A stretch of 64,000 nt of DNA from a virus. The notes beneath the pieces are model-generated. The model did not search any database. It was not told where the DNA came from and saw nothing but the letters and a program-made list of their open reading frames with translations. The stretch's first letter is position 1; each line of letters starts with the position of its first letter. The position numbers were made by a program, and so were the translations under genes. Positions 63,911-64,000 of this stretch are shown one piece after another. The stretch is taken from the IMG/VR virus record IMGVR_UViG_3300029049_000006; one strand, 5' to 3'.

Positions 63911-64000
63911 AATGTACGGCACCAGCCCTATGTTTACCATGCCCGTGTCCTCCGTGGATTCCGGGCGCAGCAATGATAACTACGGAAATTGGAACAATCC
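63911..64000 (+). CDS. hypothetical protein (5' fragment, runs off window)
   Basis: ATG near 63911 (MYGTSPMFTMPVSS...). Preceded by leader hairpins. Confidence 0.25.

Noticed and set aside
1-64000. Integrase, repressor or att sites indicating a prophage boundary
   Set aside because: No tyrosine or serine recombinase motifs and no flanking bacterial housekeeping genes in the window. Whether this is a free phage or a prophage cannot be decided from this segment.

Overview
This 64 kb window looks like part of a large tailed dsDNA phage or prophage genome (GC roughly mid-50s). Almost every credible gene is on the + strand, and the long minus-strand ORFs are mostly shadows of + genes. I identified three classes of feature. 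(1) A replication/recombination block: DnaB-like helicase, family-A DNA polymerase with 3'-5' exonuclease and an extra N-terminal domain, RNase H, DnaG-type primase, gp32-like SSB, UvsW-like SF2 helicase, RecA/UvsX-like recombinase, Hjc-like and RuvC resolvases, and a Cas4-like nuclease. (2) Many small early-type genes, each behind a stereotyped sigma70-like promoter plus a structured leader. (3) Packaging and morphogenesis genes: TerS candidate, TerL, tail fiber, GroES-like, portal, and a Mu-F-like head protein with a GNAT-like C-terminus. Interleaved with these is an unusually rich glycan/sulfation repertoire. It comprises two paralogous ParB-like + GT-A glycosyltransferase modules flanking a CMP-sugar-synthetase-like gene; a sulfotransferase + CysD + GT32 + CysN-like + CysC (APS kinase) cassette; extra GT2- and GT11-like enzymes; and an LMW tyrosine phosphatase. 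A 17-bp perfect palindrome TTTGCAAT(C/G)ATTGCAAA occurs 20 times, always intergenic, and is usually followed by a conserved -35 TTGCAA / extended -10 promoter and a leader with a covarying hairpin. There are also expanded paralog families of small Cys-rich proteins. No rRNA, tRNA or CRISPR array was found. All calls are from reading motifs by eye, no searches were run, and coordinates of internal starts may be off by a few bases.
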